The translations under genes were made by a program, and so were the position numbers. Shown piece by piece: positions 16,580-25,959 of a stretch of DNA of 33,834 bases (its first letter is position 1; every line of letters starts with the position of its first letter). The notes under the pieces were generated by a model. The model made no database searches. It was not told the DNA's origin and was given only the letters and a program-made list of their open reading frames with translations. This DNA is from Akkermansiaceae bacterium (GTDB lineage: Bacteria > Verrucomicrobiota > Verrucomicrobiia > Verrucomicrobiales > Akkermansiaceae), in contig JBDQHQ010000001.1 in NCBI GenBank assembly GCA_040264795.1, positions 1 to 33,834 of the forward strand. The letters run 5' to 3'.

Positions 16580-17548
16580 ATGGCAAAGAAAATTTGCGTT
16601 GTTCTCGTCGTTGTGGGTCTTCTGGTTGGAGGGCTCGCATGGATCTTGCAAAGGGAGCAAACCAGCCAGAATGGAGCTGTGTCCTCGGATGGCCAGTTGC
16701 TTGTTGTTACTACGACAACGATGGTAACCGACATGCTTAGAGTGATTGGCGGCGATCGTATTACGGTAAAGGGCTTGATGGGCCCCGGGGTTGATCCACA
16801 CAGTTATCAAACCACCTTTGAGGATACGGCCGCATTACAGCAAGCAGACATGATTTTCTACAGTGGACAGCATCTGGAAGGCAAGATGCAGGACGTGTTG
16901 GAAAAAAGGGCGAAAAACAAAGGCTCTGTATTCGCGCTGACCCATGGGATTAACCAAGCTGGTTTGTTAAAGCCTCAGGAGGAATTCCAAGGGTATTATG
17001 ACCCGCATGTCTGGGGGAATCCTGAATTGTGGTCAGAGTCGGTTGCTCTGGTCATGGATGCCCTATGTGAAGCAGATCCGGAGGGTGCAGAGGGCTACAG
17101 AGAGCGGGGGCAAAGGTACCGTCGAGAGCTTATCGAGCTGCACAAGTGGGTTCAGGATCGCGTGGCTGAAGTGCCTGTTTCCCAGCGTGTGTTAGTAACC
17201 AGTCATGACGCGTTTTACTATTTTGGTGAGGCCTTTGGCTTTGAGGTGAAGGGCTTGCAGGGAGTCTCTACCAATTCGGAATCCGGGCTCAAAGACCGGG
17301 CGGATTTGGTGAGCTTCATCAAAGAACGCCAACTGAAGATGATTTTTCCCGAATCCAGCGTGAATGCCAAGGGGATCAAGGCGGTTGCTGATGAGGCAGG
17401 GGTCAAGGTCAGCCGGCATGAACTGTTCTCCGACGCAATGGGTATCCCTGGTGATGTGGTCGACTTACACGGTGAGAGCTACGACAAGGGCACCTACATC
17501 GGAATGATGAAACACAACGTGAACACCATTGTAGACGGGCTGAAGTAA
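16580..17548 (+). CDS. troA: Mn/Fe/Zn ABC transporter substrate-binding protein (TroA-like)
   Basis: GPGVDPHSY, DPHVW, TSHDAF and SDAMG give a His/His/His/Asp ligand set as in TroA; AGGAG SD precedes ATG 16580. Confidence 0.88.
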   Translation: MAKKICVVLVVVGLLVGGLAWILQREQTSQNGAVSSDGQLLVVTTTTMVTDMLRVIGGDRITVKGLMGPGVDPHSYQTTFEDTAALQQADMIFYSGQHLEGKMQDVLEKRAKNKGSVFALTHGINQAGLLKPQEEFQGYYDPHVWGNPELWSESVALVMDALCEADPEGAEGYRERGQRYRRELIELHKWVQDRVAEVPVSQRVLVTSHDAFYYFGEAFGFEVKGLQGVSTNSESGLKDRADLVSFIKERQLKMIFPESSVNAKGIKAVADEAGVKVSRHELFSDAMGIPGDVVDLHGESYDKGTYIGMMKHNVNTIVDGLK

Positions 17549-17598
17549 GCCTTGGCCCCGGACCCGGGCAGCACGAGAAGCACACAAAAAAACGATTC

Positions 17599-18369
17599 AT
17601 GAAGCAAGATTCAGTTCCAGCACTCGAGACCCATGACCTGACGGTGACCTATCACAAACGCCCGGTGCTCTACGGCATTGATGTGGCAGTCCCGGAGGGA
17701 AGCCTGGTAGGCATTGTGGGCCCCAACGGAGCTGGGAAGTCGACCCTGATCAAGTCGATCATGGGGGTGGTTGCCTCATCGGGAGGCTGGGTGAAGGTCT
17801 TTGGCGGACCGCTGAAGGAAAACCTGCACCGCGTTGGTTATGTGCCCCAGCGGGAGAGTGTTGACTGGGATTTTCCGGTGACGGTCATGGATGTGGCTTT
17901 GATGGGCACCTACGGACGCTTGGGCCTTTTTGGCAGGCCAGGCAAAGCGGAAAAAAAGCGCGCCAAGGACGCCTTGGAAAAAGTGGGAATGTTGCCCTAC
18001 GCCAACCGGCAGATAGGTAATTTAAGCGGCGGCCAGCAGCAACGTGTGTTCCTTGCCCGGGCACTTGCTCAGGATAGTGACCTTTATCTGATGGATGAGC
18101 CTTTTGCCGGAGTCGATGCAGCGACGGAAACAGCCATCGTGGCTTTGCTCAAGGAAATGCGTGAGCGTGGCAAAACCGTGCTTGTCGTGCACCATGACCT
18201 ACAGTCCGCAGCAGAATATTTTGATCATCTGCTCTTGCTCAACATGCGTCTTGTTGCCTTTGGCAAGACCGAGGAAGTTTACACTTCAGAGCTTTTGCAA
18301 AAGACCTACGGGGGCCGGCTGACCATTCTCACCGAAGTGGCAGACCAGGCGGCAAAACTATCGACATAA
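17599..18369 (+). CDS. troB: Metal ABC transporter ATPase (TroB/MntB-like)
   Basis: GPNGAGKS, YVPQRESVDWDFP, LSGGQQQRVFLARALAQ, MDEPFAGVD, VHHDL. Confidence 0.92.
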   Translation: MKQDSVPALETHDLTVTYHKRPVLYGIDVAVPEGSLVGIVGPNGAGKSTLIKSIMGVVASSGGWVKVFGGPLKENLHRVGYVPQRESVDWDFPVTVMDVALMGTYGRLGLFGRPGKAEKKRAKDALEKVGMLPYANRQIGNLSGGQQQRVFLARALAQDSDLYLMDEPFAGVDAATETAIVALLKEMRERGKTVLVVHHDLQSAAEYFDHLLLLNMRLVAFGKTEEVYTSELLQKTYGGRLTILTEVADQAAKLST

Positions 18370-18371
18370 TC

Positions 18372-19706
18372 ATGCTTGAGGAAATGTCAGTTGTGGCATC
18401 TGCCATGGATTTTTTGATACCGGCAAGCGGAAGTGGTAAAGCTCTGATGGCAGTGGTGCTGCTTGGAGCTGGTTGTGGTCTGCTGGGCTGCTTTGTGGTA
18501 TTACGCCGCGTTGCCTTGATGGGGGACGCTATTTCGCACGCGGTTCTACCCGGTGTGGTTGCAGGTCTTATTTACAGTTCGGATCGAAACCCCGGGGTGA
18601 TTTTTCTTTTTGCTGCCATGGCAGGTTTGTTGGGCGCAGCTTTGGTGCGTTTGATGATGGCCAGCACACGTCTGAAGTCTGATACGGCTCTCGGCATTGT
18701 GTTGGCAACATTTTTTGCCTTCGGCATCATGTGGCAGTCGAGAAATCAGCAGGACACTGTGGGGGTGATGAATTTTCTCTTCGGCAACATAGGCTCGATC
18801 GATGGTAGCGACTTGCGAATGATGCTCATGACGACAGCGGTGTTGGTGGTGACCATGTTTTTTCTCCGGCGGCCTTTGTTAGTGCTGAGTTTTGATGAGG
18901 GGTTTTCAAGGGGGCTTGGATACCCTGTGAAAATTCTTAACGCCGTGTTTTATTTTTTGCTGACCTTCTCTGTTGTAGTCTCGCTGCAGGCGGTCGGGGT
19001 GGTGCTGGTGTCCGCCATGCTTATTACCCCGGCGGCCGCAGCCTATTTGCTCACTGACCGCTTTGATCGTATGTTGATCTTGTCAGTGGTATTCGGTGTT
19101 TTCTCAGGTGTTACTGGCGGGCTGGTATCAGCCGAGGTGAATGGCTTGCCCACTGGTCCTGTCATCGCCTTGTCGGCTACCGCGGTATTCGGAGTGGTTT
19201 ATTTGGTGGCACCCAGGCACGGGGTTTTGGCCAGGATATTGAGAACACTTCGGCGTAGAATGCGGGTGAGAAGAGAGAATACCCTCAAGGCTATTTATCA
19301 GATTCATGAGAGTGAGGGCTTTGTTCACGAGGAGGTCAGTGTGTTGATGCTGGCCCGCAAGAGGATGCAAACTGAGGAGGTGGTCAGAAAAGACTGCAAG
19401 GCCTTGTTAAGCCGCGGACTGATCGTCATGGCAGAGGATGGGGTCTCTCTGCATTTGAGCCGGTCCGGTTGGAAGAGGGCGATGGAAATTGTTCGCAACC
19501 ACCGCTTGTGGGAGCTCTACCTTACCAACGAAGCTGATTACGCTGAGGATCATGTCCACGAGGATGCGGAGAAAATAGAGCATATTCTCGGCCCTGGCAT
19601 TGTCCGCCAACTTGAACAACACCTGGATTTCCCTGAGCTCGATCCGCATGGCAAACCCATCCCGCAACCGGCCCATTTGGTCGCGGGGCCAACCGTTACC
19701 ATCTGA
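18372..19706 (+). CDS. ABC-3 metal permease fused to a C-terminal DtxR/MntR-type domain (TroC-TroR / YtgCR-like)
   Basis: ALMGDAISHAVLPG and VGVVLVSAMLITPAAAA permease motifs, followed by ENTLKAIY...VRNHRLWELYL...HEDAEKIEHIL...DPHGKPIP. Confidence 0.92.
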   Translation: MLEEMSVVASAMDFLIPASGSGKALMAVVLLGAGCGLLGCFVVLRRVALMGDAISHAVLPGVVAGLIYSSDRNPGVIFLFAAMAGLLGAALVRLMMASTRLKSDTALGIVLATFFAFGIMWQSRNQQDTVGVMNFLFGNIGSIDGSDLRMMLMTTAVLVVTMFFLRRPLLVLSFDEGFSRGLGYPVKILNAVFYFLLTFSVVVSLQAVGVVLVSAMLITPAAAAYLLTDRFDRMLILSVVFGVFSGVTGGLVSAEVNGLPTGPVIALSATAVFGVVYLVAPRHGVLARILRTLRRRMRVRRENTLKAIYQIHESEGFVHEEVSVLMLARKRMQTEEVVRKDCKALLSRGLIVMAEDGVSLHLSRSGWKRAMEIVRNHRLWELYLTNEADYAEDHVHEDAEKIEHILGPGIVRQLEQHLDFPELDPHGKPIPQPAHLVAGPTVTI

Positions 19707-20665
19707 TGACAGTATTGGAATATATGACCCTGCCATGGGAAGTGCTCGGACTGGGAGCACTCTGGCTGATTTTGATGGCGTTCTTTGTGGCCTTGCCCTG
19801 TTCGCAAATGGGTTCGTTTTTGATTTTACGCCGTATGGCTCTGACTGGTGATGCCATTAGTCACAGTGTGTTCCCGGGCGTAGTTATAGCATTTTACATC
19901 ACAGGGGATCTGGCCTCACCCTGGCTCATCATAGGTGCTGGCCTGGCAGGCTTAGCTTCCACGGTGTTTATCGAGTTGATCCACAGATGGACCAGGGTGA
20001 AACAGGATGCTGCCACGGGTATTTCATTTACCGCACTTTTTGCCCTGGGTGTTGTGCTGATGGAATTGTTACTGGGTAAAAATGTGGACCTTGACCTTGA
20101 GTGTGTCTTGCACGGTAGGCTGGGTTTGTTGTTGGAGGATGACAAGGTGGCAATGTTAGGTCTTTTAATACCCAAGCCCGTTGTGGTGATGGCTGGCGTG
20201 GCTTTGACGAGCACGTTGCTCTTGGTGTGTTTTTACCGCGTGATGATGTTGAGTTCTTTTGATGCTGACTTGGCCGCATCTTATGGCTACCGGCCTGCTG
20301 TGATTCACTACGGTATGATGTTTGTGGTGTCGTTCATTGTGGTTGCCGCATTCCAGGCAGTCGGCGCTATTCTGGTGATCGCATTGCTGATATTGCCGGG
20401 AGCTGCGGCTTATCTCTGTAGCCACCGCCTCAAGGTGATGTTGATGCTTGCCGCCTTGCACGCGCTGGTGTCCTCCGTGGGGGGTCTTTATCTCCACGTC
20501 TGGTTTAATTCCAATATGGCAGCCTCGGTTGTGGTCTGTGGCGGTATTGTTTTTCTTCTGGCCTGGTTGTTGGGGCCAGTAGACGGAATGCTGTGGAAAT
20601 ATTTCCGAGATGAAGTTCAAAACCCTGAAGAATCAGAGGCTCAGGCTCGAAATGGCACAACTTGA
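19706..20665 (+). CDS. troD: ABC-3 metal permease (TroD-like)
   Basis: RRMALTGDAISHSVFPG, FTALFALGV, VDLD..CVLHG, AFQAVGAILV; TGATG overlap. Confidence 0.88.
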   Translation: MTVLEYMTLPWEVLGLGALWLILMAFFVALPCSQMGSFLILRRMALTGDAISHSVFPGVVIAFYITGDLASPWLIIGAGLAGLASTVFIELIHRWTRVKQDAATGISFTALFALGVVLMELLLGKNVDLDLECVLHGRLGLLLEDDKVAMLGLLIPKPVVVMAGVALTSTLLLVCFYRVMMLSSFDADLAASYGYRPAVIHYGMMFVVSFIVVAAFQAVGAILVIALLILPGAAAYLCSHRLKVMLMLAALHALVSSVGGLYLHVWFNSNMAASVVVCGGIVFLLAWLLGPVDGMLWKYFRDEVQNPEESEAQARNGTT

Positions 20666-20744
20666 TACATTCGGGCTTGCCCATAGTAGCCACGGAGGGT
20701 AGTTCAGTGACCCCGCACTAGGGGGACACCATCATCTACATATC

Positions 20745-22289
20745 ATGGCTATTCAACGCGCTCTTCTCTCTGTTTCCGACAAGTCCGGTTTGATCGACTT
20801 TGCCAAAGGGCTAAACAAACACGGCATCGAACTACTCTCCACCGGGGGGACATCCAAGGCACTCAGAGAAGCCGGCCTTGATGTGATCGATGTCTCGGAT
20901 TTCACCAATGCCCCTGAGCTCTTTGAGGGGCGGGTAAAGACCTTACACCCGAAAGTCCATGGTGGTCTTTTGCACAAACGGGATGATGAGCTGCACCTTA
21001 AACAAGCCGAGGAGCATGACATTCCCCCCATTGATTTGGTGGTTGTTAATTTATACCCATTTGAGGAAACAGTGGCCAAGCCGGACGTCACCCTTGAGGA
21101 GGCCATTGAGAATATTGATATTGGCGGCCCCTCGATGCTGCGCAGTGCGGCAAAAAACTACAAGTCAGTCACGGTGGTAACCGACCCCAAGGATTACGAC
21201 CGCGTGCTTGCTGAAATGGAGGAACATGATGGGGATACTTCTCACAAACTTCGTGAAGAGCTGGCACTGAAGGTGTTCTTGCGCACCTCTACCTACGACT
21301 CCGCGATCACCAATTATCTCTCCCAGGCGGGAGATGGAACCCGCTCACAACTCGTCATCAGCCTGCCACTTGATCAGGAGCTGCGCTATGGTGACAACCC
21401 CCATCAGCCCACGGCACTCTATGGTAATTTCAGTGATGTGTTTACCCAGCTACAGGGTAAAGAGCTCAGTTATACCAACGTCATCGACATTGAAGCCGCG
21501 TCTGAATTAATCACTGACTTTGTCCGGCCGACGGTGGGTATTCTCAAGCACACCAATCCCTGTGGGCTCGGTCAGCATGACGAGGATTTACGTAAGGCAT
21601 GGCAGCTGGCCTATGAAACCGATACCCAGGCTCCTTTTGGTGGCGTGATTGTCGTCAACCGAACCCTCAATGAGGGTCTTGCGAGAATCATTTCCTCGAT
21701 CTTTACCGATGTGATCATCGCACCCGATTTCGACTCCGATGCTCGGGCGATTCTGCAGAAAAAGAAAAACCTGCGTCTGATCAAGTTGAATACGGAGGCT
21801 TGGGAATCTGTCAGGAAAGATCCGGTGATACGCTCTGCTCCGGGAGGGGTCATGGTCATGGGGCGTGATCATACTGCCTTGGGACTTGATAATATTGAGG
21901 AGAGGGTGGTGACCAAACGTCCTCCCAGTGAAGATGAAATCCGTGCGATGCGCTTTGGCTGGCGAGTGGTCAAACACGTCAAATCCAATGCCATCGTATA
22001 CTCCGGTATGGACCGCACTCTGGGAATAGGTGCAGGTCAGATGAGTCGTGTGGATTCTTCCCGTATTGCAGTCTGGAAGGCCAAGGAAGCGGGTCTTTCG
22101 CTCAAAGGAAGTATTATGGCCTCTGATGCCATGTTGCCTTTTGCCGATGGCCTGAATGCTGCCATTGAAGCGGGAGCTACAGCCTGCATCCAGCCAGGTG
22201 GATCGATACGTGACGAGGAAGTCATTGCTGCTGCTGACGAGGCAGGCATTGCCATGGTCTTCACCGGCCATCGCCACTTCAAACACTAG
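20745..22289 (+). CDS. purH: Bifunctional AICAR transformylase / IMP cyclohydrolase
   Basis: [71 protein letters not shown]. Confidence 0.98.
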   Translation: MAIQRALLSVSDKSGLIDFAKGLNKHGIELLSTGGTSKALREAGLDVIDVSDFTNAPELFEGRVKTLHPKVHGGLLHKRDDELHLKQAEEHDIPPIDLVVVNLYPFEETVAKPDVTLEEAIENIDIGGPSMLRSAAKNYKSVTVVTDPKDYDRVLAEMEEHDGDTSHKLREELALKVFLRTSTYDSAITNYLSQAGDGTRSQLVISLPLDQELRYGDNPHQPTALYGNFSDVFTQLQGKELSYTNVIDIEAASELITDFVRPTVGILKHTNPCGLGQHDEDLRKAWQLAYETDTQAPFGGVIVVNRTLNEGLARIISSIFTDVIIAPDFDSDARAILQKKKNLRLIKLNTEAWESVRKDPVIRSAPGGVMVMGRDHTALGLDNIEERVVTKRPPSEDEIRAMRFGWRVVKHVKSNAIVYSGMDRTLGIGAGQMSRVDSSRIAVWKAKEAGLSLKGSIMASDAMLPFADGLNAAIEAGATACIQPGGSIRDEEVIAAADEAGIAMVFTGHRHFKH

Positions 22290-22429
22290 TTGATTGTCAG
22301 CCGGACCGGTTGTCCTGATAACAGGCTGCTTGTGCATGCTATCTGGCTTGGCTATGATCAGCATGGCTAATTAGGGTTTGACGCGCATTGCTGATGGGCG
22401 AGAGTGGGCATGGTTCTTATCGATTGATT

Positions 22430-23047
22430 ATGAAATGGTTTTTCATTGCTCTACCACTACTGGCGCTCTCTTTATTCTGCTTTGCCCAACCCAAGGGCAG
22501 CAAGCCTCCGGTAGAGAAACAAAACCCCCGTTATGTGGCTGAGGCTCCCTTGCCCAAAGGCTGGCCCAAGCCCGGCCCTTATAACGAGGTGACGCTGAAA
22601 ACTTTCCCGGCTTACCGCGCAGCGTATACCCAAGGCAAAGGCAGTGGTTTTGCCTTTTGGCGTTTGTTTCGCCATATCAAACGCCAGGGTATTCCCATGA
22701 CTTCACCGGTTGAGATCGGCATGGCGCAAAAAGAACAAAAGCTGGGCATGGAATCGATGGGATTTCTCTACCAACATGACGAAGTGGGTAAGCTTGGTCA
22801 GGATGGTCGTAAGATCGAGGTGCGGGATGTTGCTGCGATGAAGGCCCTGAGTTACACCTGGCAAGGGGACAAAAATAAAACCACGCTTCAAAAAGCCAAG
22901 CTGGCTTTGGACACGGTGTCAAAAAAGCGCGGCGTGAAGAGCGATGACTATCGTGTGATGGGTTATAACGGCCCCCGGGTTTCCAAGGATCAGAAAACAT
23001 GGGAGATGCTTCTGGTATTGCCCGCAAAAGAAGAGCCCCAACCCTAA
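22430..23047 (+). CDS. Exported SOUL heme-binding family protein
   Basis: Signal peptide MKWFFIALPLLALSLFCFA; AFWRLFRHI...IPMTSPV, M.FLY and GYNGP motifs. Confidence 0.8.
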   Translation: MKWFFIALPLLALSLFCFAQPKGSKPPVEKQNPRYVAEAPLPKGWPKPGPYNEVTLKTFPAYRAAYTQGKGSGFAFWRLFRHIKRQGIPMTSPVEIGMAQKEQKLGMESMGFLYQHDEVGKLGQDGRKIEVRDVAAMKALSYTWQGDKNKTTLQKAKLALDTVSKKRGVKSDDYRVMGYNGPRVSKDQKTWEMLLVLPAKEEPQP

Positions 23048-23061
23048 TCAGGGATAAGAAA

Positions 23062-24594
23062 ATGGAAGTCTCTCTGGTCTATCCGCATCAGCTCTACAAG
23101 GAGCACCCGGCTTTGGCTGCCAAGCGGCGGGTGTATTTTCTCGAGGAGCCTTTGGTTTATGGTGCGGACAGGCAATGGCCTCTGGAGCATCATGCTCGCC
23201 GCCAGGCTCTGCTAAGGGAGTCCGGAGTGGAGTATGTTCATTACCTCACTGGTCTTGGTTTCGAGGTTGAACACATAGGTCTGCCCGATATCCGCCAGGA
23301 GAAATCTCACAGCAATGATCTGCTCAATCATCTGCCAGGTGAAGTCACGGGCATTCATTTGGCGAGGCTTGTGGATGATCTGATCACCCGCCGTCTTGAG
23401 AAATGGTGTAGGCAACAAAGTATCGAACTCATTTGGTATGATACGCCTAATTTTCTGAGCCCCGAGGACTGGTGGCGTGGATATTTGGAGGGTAAAAAGA
23501 AGCCCTTTATGGCGCATTTTTATCAGGCACAAAGAAAGCGCATGGGGATTCTGATTGATGACGAGGGGAAGCCTGAGGGTGGATCCTGGAGTTATGATGA
23601 GCTTAACCGCAAGAAACTGCCCAAAGCTTATTGTGAGCCCCAATTACCCGAAGTCAGGAAGTTTAGTGATGAGACAAGCTCCTGGGTCAATGAACACTTT
23701 CCTGATGCCTGGGGAGATTGTGCTATGGGATTGCCCAGGACACATGAGGAGGCAGAGGCATGGCTTGAGGTCTTCCTCAAGGAACGCTTTGATCTCTTTG
23801 GTGACTACGAGGACGCTATCTCTAGCCGCTTTGCCACCCAGCAGCACTCATTGCTCACACCGATGCTCAACATCGGATTGCTTGAGCCGGGCTATGTGGT
23901 GCAACGCGCCATCGATTATGCCAAAGAACACGATGTTCCGCTCAATTCCCTCGAGGGTTTTGTCCGGCAGGTGATTGGCTGGCGTGAGTTTATGCGCTGC
24001 ATGTATGAGCTGCATGGGCGCGAGATGAGGGTGTCCAATTTCTGGGGCTTTACTCATGACATGCCGGCATGCTTCTACTCGGGGCGCAGTGGCTTGCCGC
24101 CTGTGGATCGTGCGATCAAAGAGCTGCTCAAAACCGGCTACTGCCACCACATTGAGAGGCTCATGGTATTCGGCGTAATTTTCCAACTTTGCCACGTGGA
24201 GCCGACCGCGGTCTATCGCTGGTTCATGGAGATGTTTATCGATGCCTATGACTGGGTCATGGTGCCCAATGTCTACGGTATGAGCCAGTTCGCTGACGGA
24301 GGGAAGTTTGTCACCAAACCCTATGTCTGTGGGTCCAACTACATTCGCAAGATGTCAGATTATCCCAAGGGAGACTGGTGTGATATCTGGGATGGCTTGT
24401 TTTGGGACTTTATCGACTCCAATCGTGCCTTTTACAAAAAACAACCGAGGCTCGGAATGATGACCATGCAGCTCGATAAAATGGCGCCTGAGAAATTGCA
24501 GGCGCACAGAGATAATGCTGCGTCTTATCGTGAAAAAATTCACTCGGGATGGCAGTCTGGGTCGACGGATGTGGCAACTGAACTGCCACTCTGA
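23062..24594 (+). CDS. Cryptochrome/photolyase family protein, PhrB-type bacterial (6-4) photolyase clade
   Basis: YPHQL, FYQAQRKR, PEGGSWSYD..NRK, FGDYEDA, EGFVRQVIGWREF, HHIERLM, DAYDWVMVPNVYGMSQFADGG...TKPY. Confidence 0.93.
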   Translation: MEVSLVYPHQLYKEHPALAAKRRVYFLEEPLVYGADRQWPLEHHARRQALLRESGVEYVHYLTGLGFEVEHIGLPDIRQEKSHSNDLLNHLPGEVTGIHLARLVDDLITRRLEKWCRQQSIELIWYDTPNFLSPEDWWRGYLEGKKKPFMAHFYQAQRKRMGILIDDEGKPEGGSWSYDELNRKKLPKAYCEPQLPEVRKFSDETSSWVNEHFPDAWGDCAMGLPRTHEEAEAWLEVFLKERFDLFGDYEDAISSRFATQQHSLLTPMLNIGLLEPGYVVQRAIDYAKEHDVPLNSLEGFVRQVIGWREFMRCMYELHGREMRVSNFWGFTHDMPACFYSGRSGLPPVDRAIKELLKTGYCHHIERLMVFGVIFQLCHVEPTAVYRWFMEMFIDAYDWVMVPNVYGMSQFADGGKFVTKPYVCGSNYIRKMSDYPKGDWCDIWDGLFWDFIDSNRAFYKKQPRLGMMTMQLDKMAPEKLQAHRDNAASYREKIHSGWQSGSTDVATELPL

Positions 24595-24609
24595 AAATTG
24601 AAAAAGCCT

Positions 24610-25209
24610 ATGAAGATCAAACGCCGCTCCTTTATTTCCATTCTGATATTTTCTTCCGCTACGGCATTGATCGCTCAAGAAGAGAAGCCGCCACAGAGCA
24701 AAGAAAAAACAACGAATATGCTTATCGATTTTACGAACAAAAAGGCAGGCCACCAAATCAATGTAGTGAATGATGGTGTCATGGGAGGACTTTCCCGGGG
24801 CATGGTCCAGATGACCGAGGCCGATACCTTACTTTTCAAAGGTAATCTTTCCTTGGAGAACAACGGTGGTTTTTCCTCGTTTAGAGTCAGTGGAGAGCGC
24901 TGGGATCTTAGTGATTGGAAGGGGATTGAAATTCAGGTCAGAGGAGATGGGAGGGTGTATGGCTTGCGAGCAACAACGGATGAGAAGTTTTTGCGTTCAT
25001 CGGTTTCCTTTACTGCGGATTTTAAGACAGAGAAAGATCGTTGGGTTAAGCTGCGGATACCTTTCTCGGCGATGAAGGCAAGCTGGCGCGGTAGGAAACT
25101 CGATCGCAACTTCGACCCTGCTCAAATCAAGGGGCTCGGCATCATTCTAGCTGACAAGACAGCAGGGGAATTCGCCATGGAGATCCAATCGATCTCAGCT
25201 TGGAAATAG
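24610..25209 (+). CDS. CIA30 (NDUFAF1-like) family protein with signal peptide
   Basis: VVNDGVMGGLS, F.GNLSLENNGGFSS, VRGDGR.Y, IPFS, RGR; N-terminal KRRSFI followed by a hydrophobic stretch. Confidence 0.9.
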   Translation: MKIKRRSFISILIFSSATALIAQEEKPPQSKEKTTNMLIDFTNKKAGHQINVVNDGVMGGLSRGMVQMTEADTLLFKGNLSLENNGGFSSFRVSGERWDLSDWKGIEIQVRGDGRVYGLRATTDEKFLRSSVSFTADFKTEKDRWVKLRIPFSAMKASWRGRKLDRNFDPAQIKGLGIILADKTAGEFAMEIQSISAWK

Positions 25210-25234
25210 CAGGTGTTCGTATGGGCGCTCGTTT

Positions 25235-25924
25235 CTAGAAAGTGCGCACACTGCCCATGCCACCCTCGGCCTGAATGATCTGACCTGTGATGAACTTTGC
25301 CTCCTCGGAGAGCAAAAATGCAGCGAGCGCGGCAATGTCATCCGCTTCCCCGATGGTTTTGAGTGGGTGGCGTTCAGCTGAAGCCTGACGTTTGGCATCA
25401 CTGTTGATGAGGTTCTCAGCAAGCGGCGTATCGGTCAGGGAAGGGGCAATTGCGTTGACACGTATGCCGGGGGCAAGTTCTGCCGCAAGGGAGCGGGTGA
25501 GTCCTTCCACAGCACCCTTGGCCATGGCGATGGAGGCGTGGAATGGCAGACCTGTTTGCACAGCTACGGTGGAAAAAAGCACGACCGAGGCCACAGGTGA
25601 TTTTTTGAGAGCGGGTAAGCACTGCTGAATGACTTGGGCAGCTCCAAGCGCATTGAGTTTGAACTCGGTGATTATGTCGTCTTCGCTAAGACGGTGAAAA
25701 GGTTTCAGTGTGATAGAGCCTGGGGCGTAAACAATGCCGTCGAGCTGTTCGGGCAGGTTTAACGCGGTTGGGTTTGCAGCATCGAAGATCTGGTGCTGGG
25801 CTCCATTGCAATGGCTGCTGGCAGAGCGGCTGGCGGTAAGGGTGTTTATGCCACTGCTTTGCAACCTGTTTGCGAGGCATTCTGATATGCCGTGTGATCC
25901 GCCGATGATGAGAACTGTTTTCAT
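25235..25924 (-). CDS. Short-chain dehydrogenase/reductase (atypical active site)
   Basis: IIGGSHGI, LTRSLAAELAP.IRVNAIAPSLTDTP and FITGQ; the catalytic YxxxK reads IAMAK. Confidence 0.9.
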   Translation of the reverse strand: MKTVLIIGGSHGISECLANRLQSSGINTLTASRSASSHCNGAQHQIFDAANPTALNLPEQLDGIVYAPGSITLKPFHRLSEDDIITEFKLNALGAAQVIQQCLPALKKSPVASVVLFSTVAVQTGLPFHASIAMAKGAVEGLTRSLAAELAPGIRVNAIAPSLTDTPLAENLINSDAKRQASAERHPLKTIGEADDIAALAAFLLSEEAKFITGQIIQAEGGMGSVRTF

Positions 25925-25959
25925 GAGGTTGAGTGAATGTTGGTAGTAACTTTTATGTT

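Noticed and set aside
20666-20744. ZMP/ZTP (pfl) riboswitch upstream of purH
   Set aside because: The 79-bp gap lacks the GACUGGCG / CGCCUGGG consensus elements
22290-22390. Terminator or ncRNA after purH
   Set aside because: Only weak imperfect hairpins, with no U-tract or recognisable RNA motif
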